Below, piece after piece: positions 44,514 through 52,890 of a stretch of 64,000 bases of DNA (its first letter is position 1; every line of letters begins with the position of its first letter). Both the position numbers and the translations under genes were made by a program. The DNA is from a virus. The DNA is taken from positions 1 through 64,000 of the IMG/VR virus record IMGVR_UViG_3300023184_003849, one strand, 5' to 3'. Below the pieces are notes generated by a model. That model was given only the letters and a program-made list of their open reading frames with translations, did not search any database and was not told the DNA's origin.

Positions 44514-45578
44514 TCTATGTTTGTATATGTTTCCTACAACTGATTCAAATTCAAGTCTGTCTGCAGGGTCGTGTACTGACTCAAGTATTGTTTTGCTCAA
44601 AGTTTTTACAAATTCCTTTTGAGTCTTAGTAATTTTGTAATGTTGGCTTTGGTGTTGTAGGGACTCAACAATCTCTTGTTTTTCAGAGTCACGAAACACA
44701 GACCAACCAAGGTAACGTGGTTGCACCAAATTGGTCACTCGTGTTGATCTAAGTTGTCTATTACACCAGTCTAATGTAGGCACCAGTTGCTGGACATTCA
44801 GTACCTGTGCTACAAAATGAAAATTTATTTTGGCATCTGGCAATTGTTTCAGCAACAAAGATACATTTTTTGTAAATGTTTCCCATTCTGCTGGGTACCT
44901 CATGATTTCATAACCTTGTTCATACCCATCTATACTGATCTGTAATTCCAATTTGGACATTTTTTTTAATTTTTCTATATGAGAATCTAACAGCACTGTG
45001 GCATTGGTCACCACTCTAAATGGTATGTTTTTTTCAATTACAAAATCCATTATTTGTAGATTGTTTTTGGTCAGGAAAAATTCTCCGCCAATAACACTTA
45101 TACTTTCAATATCGCCAACTTTGTGCAATATTTCTAACTGTTTGTCGCTGGTATTTGTTTCTCTGCTAAAGTTGATTGCTTCAATACCGATACTGTGCCT
45201 TTCTTTGGCCAATGCTGTGCTATAGGAAGGCCCGCACATGACACATTTTAGATTGCACACATTACTGGGCATGATTTCGTATCTCACACCTGATAGATTA
45301 TTCAATGCCTGGTTGGCATGATGCCTATAACTGGTTTGTCCTTGTTCTTCTTGTTGCCTACAAGTTTGACACCCAGTGGGCCATGTTGTTGCTGTTTTTA
45401 ATTCCTGAATTTCTGCACTAGAATAATATTGTTCAAGAGTGCTGTAATGGTTACTTGTCTTGTATATGCAACAAGGCAAAACTTTTACTTGCGAGTCAGG
45501 AGTTGTGTCAAGTCGTATATTATGATGTATGGCAGCACAGTAGAAATTGTTCATAGAGTATTTAATTTGCGTATCCAA
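44445..45578 (-). CDS. Radical SAM protein (paralog of 5112)
   Basis: CNLKCVMC, IGGE; C-terminus antisense to tRNA-Arg; ATG alternative at 45554. Confidence 0.85.
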   Translation of the reverse strand: MDTQIKYSMNNFYCAAIHHNIRLDTTPDSQVKVLPCCIYKTSNHYSTLEQYYSSAEIQELKTATTWPTGCQTCRQQEEQGQTSYRHHANQALNNLSGVRYEIMPSNVCNLKCVMCGPSYSTALAKERHSIGIEAINFSRETNTSDKQLEILHKVGDIESISVIGGEFFLTKNNLQIMDFVIEKNIPFRVVTNATVLLDSHIEKLKKMSKLELQISIDGYEQGYEIMRYPAEWETFTKNVSLLLKQLPDAKINFHFVAQVLNVQQLVPTLDWCNRQLRSTRVTNLVQPRYLGWSVFRDSEKQEIVESLQHQSQHYKITKTQKEFVKTLSKTILESVHDPADRLEFESVVGNIYKHRWPALRESNSHHMVRSHVFYPLN

Positions 45579-45593
45579 TGACTGTAGTAATTT

Positions 45594-45669
45594 GCCCCTT
45601 AAACTAATCTAGTGAAAGTGCAGGACTGAAAATCCTGAAAGCCAGGAGCGTAACCTGGAGGGGGCACCA
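45594..45669 (+). tRNA. tRNA-Phe(GAA)
   Basis: CAGGA-CTGAAAA-TCCTG; T loop AGCGTAA. Confidence 0.85.
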
Positions 45670-45681
45670 ACTAAATATCAT

Positions 45682-46065
45682 ATGTCTTACAAAACTTACT
45701 ACTGCGAGCACTGTAGATCCCCTTATGGCTGGGTGCAACAACAACAAACACCGGGATATTGCAGTGCTCGATGCCGCAGTGCAGACGCCAGTCGCCAGGC
45801 CAAGAAATCATTTGATCAAATACAACTGGATCGAATAGCCAGTAGAATTCCAACAAGTGCAAAAAATTCAGATACTCTCGCACCACGGCAAGATCGTGAG
45901 CCAACACAATTACGCGAACAACGTTGTGAATGTTGTGGCATTACAGAATACAATGGCCTACCTATTAAGTTCAAGTGGTTCCGTATTGATGGCAATGAGA
46001 ACAATGACAACCCGCCTAATTTAAGATTGTTGTGCCCCAACTGCTTGAGTCAACAGACTACATAG
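45682..46065 (+). CDS. HNH-fold zinc protein lacking the catalytic histidines
   Basis: CEHC, YCSARC, CECCG, FRIDGN..NLRLLCPNCL. Confidence 0.65.
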   Translation: MSYKTYYCEHCRSPYGWVQQQQTPGYCSARCRSADASRQAKKSFDQIQLDRIASRIPTSAKNSDTLAPRQDREPTQLREQRCECCGITEYNGLPIKFKWFRIDGNENNDNPPNLRLLCPNCLSQQTT

Positions 46066-46075
46066 GATTTTTGTC

Positions 46076-46291
46076 ATGCGACCAGCAATGATTTGGATTT
46101 TGAGTTTCAGCGTATTGGGTCCTGAGCCGCACTATCAAGAAATACCCAAGTTCACCAGTCGCGAACAATGTGAAGCGGCCCTGCAACAAAAACGTGAAGA
46201 GTATCGTGCCCAGCGTAAACAGATTGCGGGCACTTGTACACAAAGCACTCAAAGTGCGCCCAAACAAACGCCAAGCATGCCGGCTCATTAA
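46076..46291 (+). CDS. Small hypothetical protein
   Basis: AGGA SD; F.SREQCEAA..C. Confidence 0.6.
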   Translation: MRPAMIWILSFSVLGPEPHYQEIPKFTSREQCEAALQQKREEYRAQRKQIAGTCTQSTQSAPKQTPSMPAH

Positions 46292-46294
46292 TGG

Positions 46295-46323
46295 TTGACA
46301 AATAACTAAAATGAATATATAAT
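46295..46323 (+). promoter_or_regulatory. tmRNA promoter
   Basis: TTGACA-N17-TATAAT. Confidence 0.85.
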
Positions 46324-46328
46324 AACGA

Positions 46329-46669
46329 GAACAGCGTAAACTGTTATTGAGAAAAGGATTCTGGACGCGGGTGCGAATCCCGCCAGGTCCACCAAAAGAA
46401 TATTTATGATTGAAGCAATTGGATTTTTTGTTACATTGTTAGTTTTAATGTGGATAGCAACAATCTTGGGTGAAATATTTTTTTGATGGGCCTGATATAG
46501 ATTCGACAGGGTCAAGAGTAAAAGTAATGGCGCTCGGCAATGTAGAAGCCGTTAGGGTTGGGGATTCCCGGCCGAAGACACAAAAAACGTAAATGCAAAC
46601 GACGAACAGTTCGCTTTGGCAGCCTAAACACTGCCTAGGGTAGGAAATACCTCGTAACAGAAACCACCA
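46329..46669 (+). ncRNA. ssrA: Circularly permuted two-piece tmRNA
   Basis: T arm plus CAGGTCCACCA (to 46394) precedes GGGCCTG..ATTCGAC (46488); G3-U70; tag ANDEQFALAA* at 46595-46627. Confidence 0.93.
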
Positions 46670-46694
46670 AGCCCACTTCGGTGGGCTTTTTCTT
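46669..46694 (+). terminator. Intrinsic terminator after tmRNA
   Basis: AAGCCCAC-TTCG-GTGGGCTT plus T tract. Confidence 0.9.
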
Positions 46695-46708
46695 GGCTAA
46701 ATATCGGC

Positions 46709-47293
46709 ATGATAGTTTATATTCACGGTGCCAGTGCCACCGCCGAAAGTTTCACACACATAAGAGAATACGTCAGAGAGCATACAGAACTGCCAGATAC
46801 TGCCTTGGAATACAAAAGCGATGATGGGTTTGATAACAATCTTGGTCGCATGATGGGTCAACTGGATGAGGCCGAACGGCTGTTCTTTGTAAGTCACAGC
46901 CTGGGTGGTATCTATGCCTTGTACTTGGCCAATCACTATCGTGACCGCACCCTGGGTGGTGTGAGCCTAAGCACACCCTATGGCGGAAGCAAACAGGCTG
47001 ACTTTGCCAGATACTTTTTGCCATTCAATCAACTCATGAAAGACGTGGGCACTATGAGTGAGCCCATGGCAGAATCTCGTAGACTGCCAGCACCACCTAA
47101 CTGGACCAATGTTGTGACCACTGTGGGCGACAGTCCTTGGATTGTTGAACCCAATGACGGGGTAGTGACCTTGGCCAGCATGAGATATCGCAAAGACTTT
47201 GAACTGGTAGAATTGCCACTCAATCACTATGAAGTTGTGCTGAGCAATCAAGTGGTGCGACTGATCTTGGACCGGATTCAGCAGGCCTTATGA
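46709..47293 (+). CDS. Alpha/beta hydrolase
   Basis: YIHG, SHSLGG, STPYGGS, NDGVV, NH. Confidence 0.85.
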   Translation: MIVYIHGASATAESFTHIREYVREHTELPDTALEYKSDDGFDNNLGRMMGQLDEAERLFFVSHSLGGIYALYLANHYRDRTLGGVSLSTPYGGSKQADFARYFLPFNQLMKDVGTMSEPMAESRRLPAPPNWTNVVTTVGDSPWIVEPNDGVVTLASMRYRKDFELVELPLNHYEVVLSNQVVRLILDRIQQAL

Positions 47294-48012
47294 AACCAGT
47301 GTTAATCCTACAACACCAAACGCCCGAACGTCCGGCCTATCTTGTGACATGGTTGGCCCAGCACAATATCGAATATGAAACTCGCTGTGCAGGTGCTGGG
47401 CAAGAATTTCCCCAATCAATAGAACCTTATTCAGCCCTGGCTATCATGGGCGGTGGCATGAGTGCTAACGACCCGTTGTTATCAAATCGTCAAGCAGAAA
47501 TTTTAATACTACAAGCCATGCGCCAGGATCGTCCAGTTGTAGGGCATTGTTTGGGTGGGCAACTCATGAGTCGGGCCTTGGGCGGTACTATTGGTCCGTC
47601 ACCGCAACCTGAGATAGGATGGCAGCCCATTGAGTATACAGATGACCCTGCTGTTGAGGCATGGTTCGGTCCCACACCCACTGACACTGTGATCCAGTGG
47701 CACTATGAAACCTTTAGCATACCTGCGGGCGCCACACGTCTAGCAGGGTCAGCGGCCTGTCCAAACCAAGCCTGGGCCATGGGTCCACACCTGGCCATGC
47801 AGTTTCACATAGAAATGGATGCTGATAAAGCCCGTGAATGGGCCAACGACGAAGATCCCAAATGGGCCGCGGCCCGAGCACAATATGTTACTGTGCAGGA
47901 TCGAGATGCTATTTTGAGTGGGATTGAGCCACATTTGGCACAACATCAAGCCACTGCTGATCACATTTACCAAACTTGGTTAAAACCTACACTTTGGGCT
48001 AAAAACCTGTAA
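47290..48012 (+). CDS. Class I glutamine amidotransferase
   Basis: GHCLGGQL; QFHIE. Confidence 0.9.
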   Translation: MKPVLILQHQTPERPAYLVTWLAQHNIEYETRCAGAGQEFPQSIEPYSALAIMGGGMSANDPLLSNRQAEILILQAMRQDRPVVGHCLGGQLMSRALGGTIGPSPQPEIGWQPIEYTDDPAVEAWFGPTPTDTVIQWHYETFSIPAGATRLAGSAACPNQAWAMGPHLAMQFHIEMDADKAREWANDEDPKWAAARAQYVTVQDRDAILSGIEPHLAQHQATADHIYQTWLKPTLWAKNL

Positions 48013-48060
48013 ACCGATCCTGAGTCGCAGGCGTTGTATATGTATGTCAAGGAGACATCA

Positions 48061-48222
48061 ATGACTTATGCCAAATGCCTAAACTGGGACAAACCAGGAA
48101 AAAATGAAATACCCCGATTCATGCCTGTCAATCTAGCACGATTTAGCCGTTGTCCAGATTGCGATATCAAGCGTAGTGCCGCATGCAAGGATCCTGTTTG
48201 CAGTCGAACCAAAAATCCTTAA
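48061..48222 (+). CDS. Small Cys-rich protein
   Basis: AGGAG SD; CPDC..C....C. Confidence 0.45.
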   Translation: MTYAKCLNWDKPGKNEIPRFMPVNLARFSRCPDCDIKRSAACKDPVCSRTKNP

Positions 48223-48309
48223 TACTTATTTGTTGGTGAGTTTATAACCAAAACACATTGCTTGTGCTTGACAACTGTGTTACAATTGTTGATAAACAAA
48301 GGAGAACCC

Positions 48310-48546
48310 ATGTCAAGACTCAGCAGTGAACTAGCAGTAGAACGAATTGGCAATCGTTACGATTTAATTTTGGTGGCCAGCCGACGTGCCCGAGAACTCA
48401 GCCGTGGCGATCGACCACGGGTAGATCCGGGCAAGAGCAACATCAGCACCGCCCTGTTGGAAATCGAAGCAGGTGCTGTGGATCGCAGTTATCTCTACAA
48501 GAAACAAGATCTATCAACTCAAAGTCACCATAGGAAATACGCATGA
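48310..48546 (+). CDS. rpoZ: RNA polymerase omega subunit homolog
   Basis: IGNRYDLILVASRRAREL...ALLEI; GGAG SD. Confidence 0.88.
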   Translation: MSRLSSELAVERIGNRYDLILVASRRARELSRGDRPRVDPGKSNISTALLEIEAGAVDRSYLYKKQDLSTQSHHRKYA

Positions 48547-48707
48547 TCAAACCCGGACCAAGTTATCGAATGAGTCGTTCCAACAAAGTGCTTTTGGCTT
48601 CTTACATTGATCGCCACAAGCGTGGCGAGATCAAACGCACCGTGATTCAAGCCGACTTGTATGGTCGTACGCATGTGCCACGCAATCGAGACAATAATCA
48701 AAAGTAA
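48543..48707 (+). CDS. Small basic hypothetical protein (54 aa)
   Basis: ATGA overlap with rpoZ; AGGA SD. Confidence 0.6.
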   Translation: MIKPGPSYRMSRSNKVLLASYIDRHKRGEIKRTVIQADLYGRTHVPRNRDNNQK

Positions 48708-48746
48708 TACTTTAGTATTATCTAAAAAAGTTGTATCCTGATACTA

Positions 48747-48779
48747 CAAAAGCCCTACTTGTGCTAGGGCTTTTCTTTT
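48747..48779 (+). terminator. Intrinsic terminator
   Basis: AAAAGCCCTA/TAGGGCTTTT plus T tract. Confidence 0.8.
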
Positions 48780-48781
48780 GG

Positions 48782-48834
48782 TTGACCAAATATTACCATT
48801 TTGCTATAATACTTGTATAGAAACTAAAAAGGAG
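48782..48834 (+). promoter_or_regulatory. Early promoter plus conserved leader/SD
   Basis: TTGACC-N17-TATAAT-ACTTGTATAGAAACTAAAAAGGAG. Confidence 0.85.
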
Positions 48835-48841
48835 TTCCAAA

Positions 48842-49306
48842 ATGGGTACACGCAGTCGGATTGGTGTCATGCATGGTGACGTGGTAAAAAGTGTTTACTG
48901 TCACTGGGATGGCTATCTTGAGCACAACGGTGCCATACTGCAGGAACATTATGATTCCAGCCGAGCCAACAACCTTGTGGCCCTAGGTGACTTGAGTAGC
49001 CTGCGTCCTGCAATTGGCGTTGAGCATCCTTTCTCTAGCATTGGTATCATGGAGCATGAAGACTATGAAAAAGCCTACGGCGATATGTGTACCTTCTACG
49101 GACGCGATCGCGGCGAAACCGGCACTGAGTGGAAAGTGGCCCACTCGTTTGCCCAGTTTTATGAACAATGCGACAACTGTGGTGCCGAGTACTACTATAT
49201 CATGCGGGATGGCGTTTGGTACTGTGGCGATACTTACACGTCTAGCCCATTAAGTAAGAAGTTAACACCACTTGCAGAGGCTTTGCAGGCTGTAGAAACT
49301 GTTTGA
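48842..49306 (+). CDS. Hypothetical early phage protein
   Basis: MGTRSRIG..YCHWDGY. Confidence 0.8.
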   Translation: MGTRSRIGVMHGDVVKSVYCHWDGYLEHNGAILQEHYDSSRANNLVALGDLSSLRPAIGVEHPFSSIGIMEHEDYEKAYGDMCTFYGRDRGETGTEWKVAHSFAQFYEQCDNCGAEYYYIMRDGVWYCGDTYTSSPLSKKLTPLAEALQAVETV

Positions 49307-49361
49307 CACAAAATTGCATTTCGTATACAATTGACTTATCTTAACCAGCAAAGGAAACACA

Positions 49362-50444
49362 ATGTCAGATTCACGTACCGTCACCGCTGTCCAGGCTCGC
49401 AAAAGTTTGCTCCGTGCATTCCGAGTTCAACGCCCGTTGTTCTTGTGGGGTCCTCCCGGCATTGGCAAGAGTGAATTAGTAGAAGGCATTACCCGGGAAC
49501 TTGGCGGTCTCATGATTGACCTGCGTTTGGGTCAGATGGAGCCTACAGACATACGTGGTATTCCTTTCTACAACAAAGACATTGGCAAGATGGACTGGGC
49601 AGAGCCTGTGGAACTGCCCGACGAGACCATTGCCAGCAAGTATCCTATTGTTGTGTTGTTCTTGGACGAACTCAACTCAGCCGCACCAAGTGTTCAGAGT
49701 GCCGCTTATCAACTAATTTTGAATCGACGAATTGGCAAGTATCGACTGCCCGACAATGTTGTGATGGTGGCCGCAGGTAATCGTGAGTCAGACAAAGGTG
49801 TTACTTACCGTATGCCAACTCCGCTGGCAAACCGCTTTATCCACCAAGAGATGAAAGTGGACTTTCCTTCCTGGCAAGAGTGGGCTGTGAACAACAACAT
49901 TCACAAGGACGTGGTTGGTTACTTGAGTTTTGCCAAGCAGGACTTGTACGACTTTGACGCCAAGAGTGCCAGTCGTGCATTTGCCACACCACGCTCGTGG
50001 ACCTTTGTGAGTCAATTGTTGGATGACGAAGATGACACAGACACCATTACCAACTTGATTGCAGGTACCGTGGGCGAAGGTCTTGCTGTGAAGTTTATGG
50101 CTCACCGCAAGGTAGCAAGCAAGATGCCCAACCCAACTGACATCTTGAGTGGCAAGGTCAAGGACTTGAATGTTAAAGAAGTAAGTGCCATGTATTCATT
50201 GGTTATCTCCATGTGCTATGAACTCAAAGGTGCAGTGGAGGCCAAGATAGATGATAAAAAGTTTCACGAAATGAGTGACAACTTCTTTGGCTACATGATG
50301 AAGAACTTTGAGACAGAGTTGGTTGTGATGGGTGCCAGAATTGCACTTACTACATACAACTTGCCGTTCCAACCCAGTAAGTTGAAGAACTTTGACGAGT
50401 TCCATCAACGTTACGGCAAGTATATTTTGCAGGCATCAGCCTAA
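49362..50444 (+). CDS. MoxR-like AAA+ ATPase
   Basis: GPPGIGKS, LFLDE, AAGN, NRF, TPRSW; TTGACA-N17-TACAAT promoter at 49303. Confidence 0.9.
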   Translation: MSDSRTVTAVQARKSLLRAFRVQRPLFLWGPPGIGKSELVEGITRELGGLMIDLRLGQMEPTDIRGIPFYNKDIGKMDWAEPVELPDETIASKYPIVVLFLDELNSAAPSVQSAAYQLILNRRIGKYRLPDNVVMVAAGNRESDKGVTYRMPTPLANRFIHQEMKVDFPSWQEWAVNNNIHKDVVGYLSFAKQDLYDFDAKSASRAFATPRSWTFVSQLLDDEDDTDTITNLIAGTVGEGLAVKFMAHRKVASKMPNPTDILSGKVKDLNVKEVSAMYSLVISMCYELKGAVEAKIDDKKFHEMSDNFFGYMMKNFETELVVMGARIALTTYNLPFQPSKLKNFDEFHQRYGKYILQASA

Positions 50445-50449
50445 CCTGG

Positions 50450-50474
50450 ATAGGGCCTCCGGGCCCTATTTTTG
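50450..50474 (+). terminator. Intrinsic terminator
   Basis: ATAGGGCC-TCCG-GGCCCTAT plus T tract. Confidence 0.85.
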
Positions 50475-50478
50475 ATTT

Positions 50479-50796
50479 ATGGATAGTGTAAAAGTCAAAG
50501 TCACCAAACTGGATGGTAGACACAGTCATACTGGTTTGTTCAGTCACATGTTGCAATTTAGACATTTGGTAGGATACCAACCTTATCAGCAAGCCCTGCA
50601 CTATTGCAACACTCAATGGGGACCTAGTGTAGATGTTGAAACCTACAGCAAAATATATTGGGATGCCATCAAAAGAAACTATCAATTCAACTTCAATCCT
50701 ACCTGGAGTTATCTTGCACGGTATGGTGATCATCGTATCTACCTAACAGAAGATGCCACTGCCTGGATCCAACTTGCAGAACCTTGGAACACATGA
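50479..50796 (+). CDS. Hypothetical protein
   Basis: ORF. Confidence 0.6.
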   Translation: MDSVKVKVTKLDGRHSHTGLFSHMLQFRHLVGYQPYQQALHYCNTQWGPSVDVETYSKIYWDAIKRNYQFNFNPTWSYLARYGDHRIYLTEDATAWIQLAEPWNT

Positions 50797-51080
50797 GTGC
50801 CAAAATTGTGGTCAAAAAGAATCTCATCATCTTTCGCGACCCAGAGAAGGACTGGATGCCAATTCGCCGACGACTGGTTGCAGAATACGGTCAGAGCATT
50901 GTGCTCACGTATGCCATGCGAGAGCGACTGGGCTTTAGTACAAGGTACCACACAGCCTGGTTAACCAGTGGCACGGGTGACAACGAACTGGAATGGAAGT
51001 ATCCTGAGGAACAGATACACTTGGATTTTTACAACGAAGCCGCCCAAAGTTGGTTCCAACTCCGGTACTTAAATGTGTAA
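50793..51080 (+). CDS. Hypothetical protein
   Basis: ATGA-coupled ORF. Confidence 0.65.
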   Translation: MSAKIVVKKNLIIFRDPEKDWMPIRRRLVAEYGQSIVLTYAMRERLGFSTRYHTAWLTSGTGDNELEWKYPEEQIHLDFYNEAAQSWFQLRYLNV

Positions 51081-51103
51081 TACTTGAGTAATACTTTTTA
51101 AAT

Positions 51104-51132
51104 TTGACTGAATATTCATGAAATGTTATAAT
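51104..51132 (+). promoter_or_regulatory. Sigma70-type promoter
   Basis: TTGACT-N17-TATAAT preceded by two GTAATACTT boxes. Confidence 0.8.
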
Positions 51133-51158
51133 ACATACATAAACAACAGAGGACACAA

Positions 51159-52430
51159 ATGACCACAACCACTGCCACAAAAGAAGACGCTAAAAAATTC
51201 GCCAATCTTATTGGTCCAACCGACGCCCGACTAGACCGAGAAGTGCGTGAGATTTTGATCACTGCTCGTGTGGGTTTGTTGTTAAAGGCTTCATTCTTTG
51301 GCAACCTTGCTACTCGTTTGAAACTGGTCAATGCCGACGAGTGGTGTGCCACTGCCGCAACAGACGGTCGCAATTTCTACTACAATTGCCGCTTTATCAA
51401 AATGCTCAAGCCCAAAGAAGTTGAATTCTTGTTTGGTCATGAAGTGTTGCATTGTGTATATGATCACTTTGGGCGGCGTGGAGATCGCAATCCACAGTTG
51501 TGGAATATTGCTGATGACTTCTGTGTCAACGCAGACTTGAAGAAGCATCACGTGGGTGAGTTTATTACTTCAGTACCATGTTTATATGATCACAAGTATG
51601 ATGGCATGAGTGCTGAAGAAGTGTATGATATCTTGTACGAAAAAGCAGACAAGATTGACATCAATGACTTGTTGAATCGAATGATCGACGACCATTTGGA
51701 TGGTGACGACGAGCAAGATGGCAGTGGTGGCGATGGTGATGAGCAAGGTAAAGGTCGTCCCCGACTCACTAAAGAAGAGCGTCAGCAGATCAAGGACGAG
51801 ATCAAAGAAGCCATGTTGGCGGCTGCCAGTGCCAGCGATGCAGGCAATATTCCAGCAGGTGTAAAACGCCTAATACAAGAGTTGACTGAGCCCAAGATGA
51901 ACTGGCGTGAACTGTTGCGTATGCAATTGGAGTCAACTATCAAGAGTGACTTTACTTGGATGCGAGCCAGCCGCAAAGGTTGGCACATGGATGCTGTGAT
52001 GCCTGGCATGAAGGTGGACCCAATGATTGATATTGCTATTGCTATTGACGCATCAGGGTCAATTGGTGAGGCTATGCTCAAAGACTTCCTAGGCGAAGTA
52101 CAAGGTATCATGGATTCGTTCCCAGCATACCGAATTCACATCATCACGTTTGATACTGATGCATATAATCCTGCACAATACGACTCAGACAACCTGGACG
52201 ACATCTGTGACTACGAAGTTGCAGGTGGTGGTGGCACCGACTTCGATTGTATCTTTAAGTATTTGAAAGACAACGAGATCGAACCCAAGCGTTTGGTTGT
52301 GTTCACAGACGGCTACCCGTTTGGTTCATGGGGTGACGAGAACTATGCAGACACTGTTTGGATCTTGCACGGAACCACCAGCATTGTGCCACCTTGGGGT
52401 CAATATGCCTACTACGACGAGGCTGAGTAA
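51159..52430 (+). CDS. Metallopeptidase-like plus VWA domain protein (DUF2201-like)
   Basis: TAATDG, HEVLH, DASGS MIDAS, GGGTDF, FTDG. Confidence 0.88.
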   Translation: MTTTTATKEDAKKFANLIGPTDARLDREVREILITARVGLLLKASFFGNLATRLKLVNADEWCATAATDGRNFYYNCRFIKMLKPKEVEFLFGHEVLHCVYDHFGRRGDRNPQLWNIADDFCVNADLKKHHVGEFITSVPCLYDHKYDGMSAEEVYDILYEKADKIDINDLLNRMIDDHLDGDDEQDGSGGDGDEQGKGRPRLTKEERQQIKDEIKEAMLAAASASDAGNIPAGVKRLIQELTEPKMNWRELLRMQLESTIKSDFTWMRASRKGWHMDAVMPGMKVDPMIDIAIAIDASGSIGEAMLKDFLGEVQGIMDSFPAYRIHIITFDTDAYNPAQYDSDNLDDICDYEVAGGGGTDFDCIFKYLKDNEIEPKRLVVFTDGYPFGSWGDENYADTVWILHGTTSIVPPWGQYAYYDEAE

Positions 52431-52618
52431 TGCTTGCACTAACTGCCTTGATGGTTGCATTGTTGGGTTACCAGGTCACCATGCCTGCTGTGGACAATGC
52501 CAAGTACTCCATGACAGTATATAACGGTCAGGTTATTAGAATGAATACCCAAAATGGTCAATTTGAACGATGTGATGAAAAATTTGTATGTAAGACTGTA
52601 GATGAATCCAAAAATTGA
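52430..52618 (+). CDS. Small secreted or membrane protein
   Basis: Hydrophobic N-terminus; TAATG coupling. Confidence 0.6.
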   Translation: MLALTALMVALLGYQVTMPAVDNAKYSMTVYNGQVIRMNTQNGQFERCDEKFVCKTVDESKN

Positions 52619-52823
52619 ACAACTTGCACGTGAGTGTGGTGCCTGGAATCAGGTGTATGGCAACAGGACATTCATGATCGACGAGCATTTTGACATTGAG
52701 AAGTTTGCAGGCTTGATTATCAATGAATGTACCGAGGTCACTGCTGACTGGTATAAAAATCATAACCAATATCATATGCCCCCTGATGAACACATTAAGG
52801 CGCATTTTGGACTCTTAGATTAG
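52602..52823 (+). CDS. Small protein, 'FAELIVREC' paralog family
   Basis: MNPKIEQLA...EKFAGLIINEC...HFG. Confidence 0.7.
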   Translation: MNPKIEQLARECGAWNQVYGNRTFMIDEHFDIEKFAGLIINECTEVTADWYKNHNQYHMPPDEHIKAHFGLLD

Positions 52824-52890
52824 GAGTGCCAATTTTGCCAAAATCCCCAAGAAAATACAACCTTGGGGATTTTCTGTTGTAAATATCTAC

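Noticed and set aside
38232-45700. Theta (HDV-like) ribozymes at tRNA 3' ends
   Set aside because: No nested double-pseudoknot starting at a tRNA 3' end could be built by eye, and CCA is encoded; a motif search is needed to exclude it fully.
49362-52430. AAA ATPase plus peptidase-VWA pair as a novel system
   Set aside because: This pairing is well known in phages; the only difference here is two small intervening genes.
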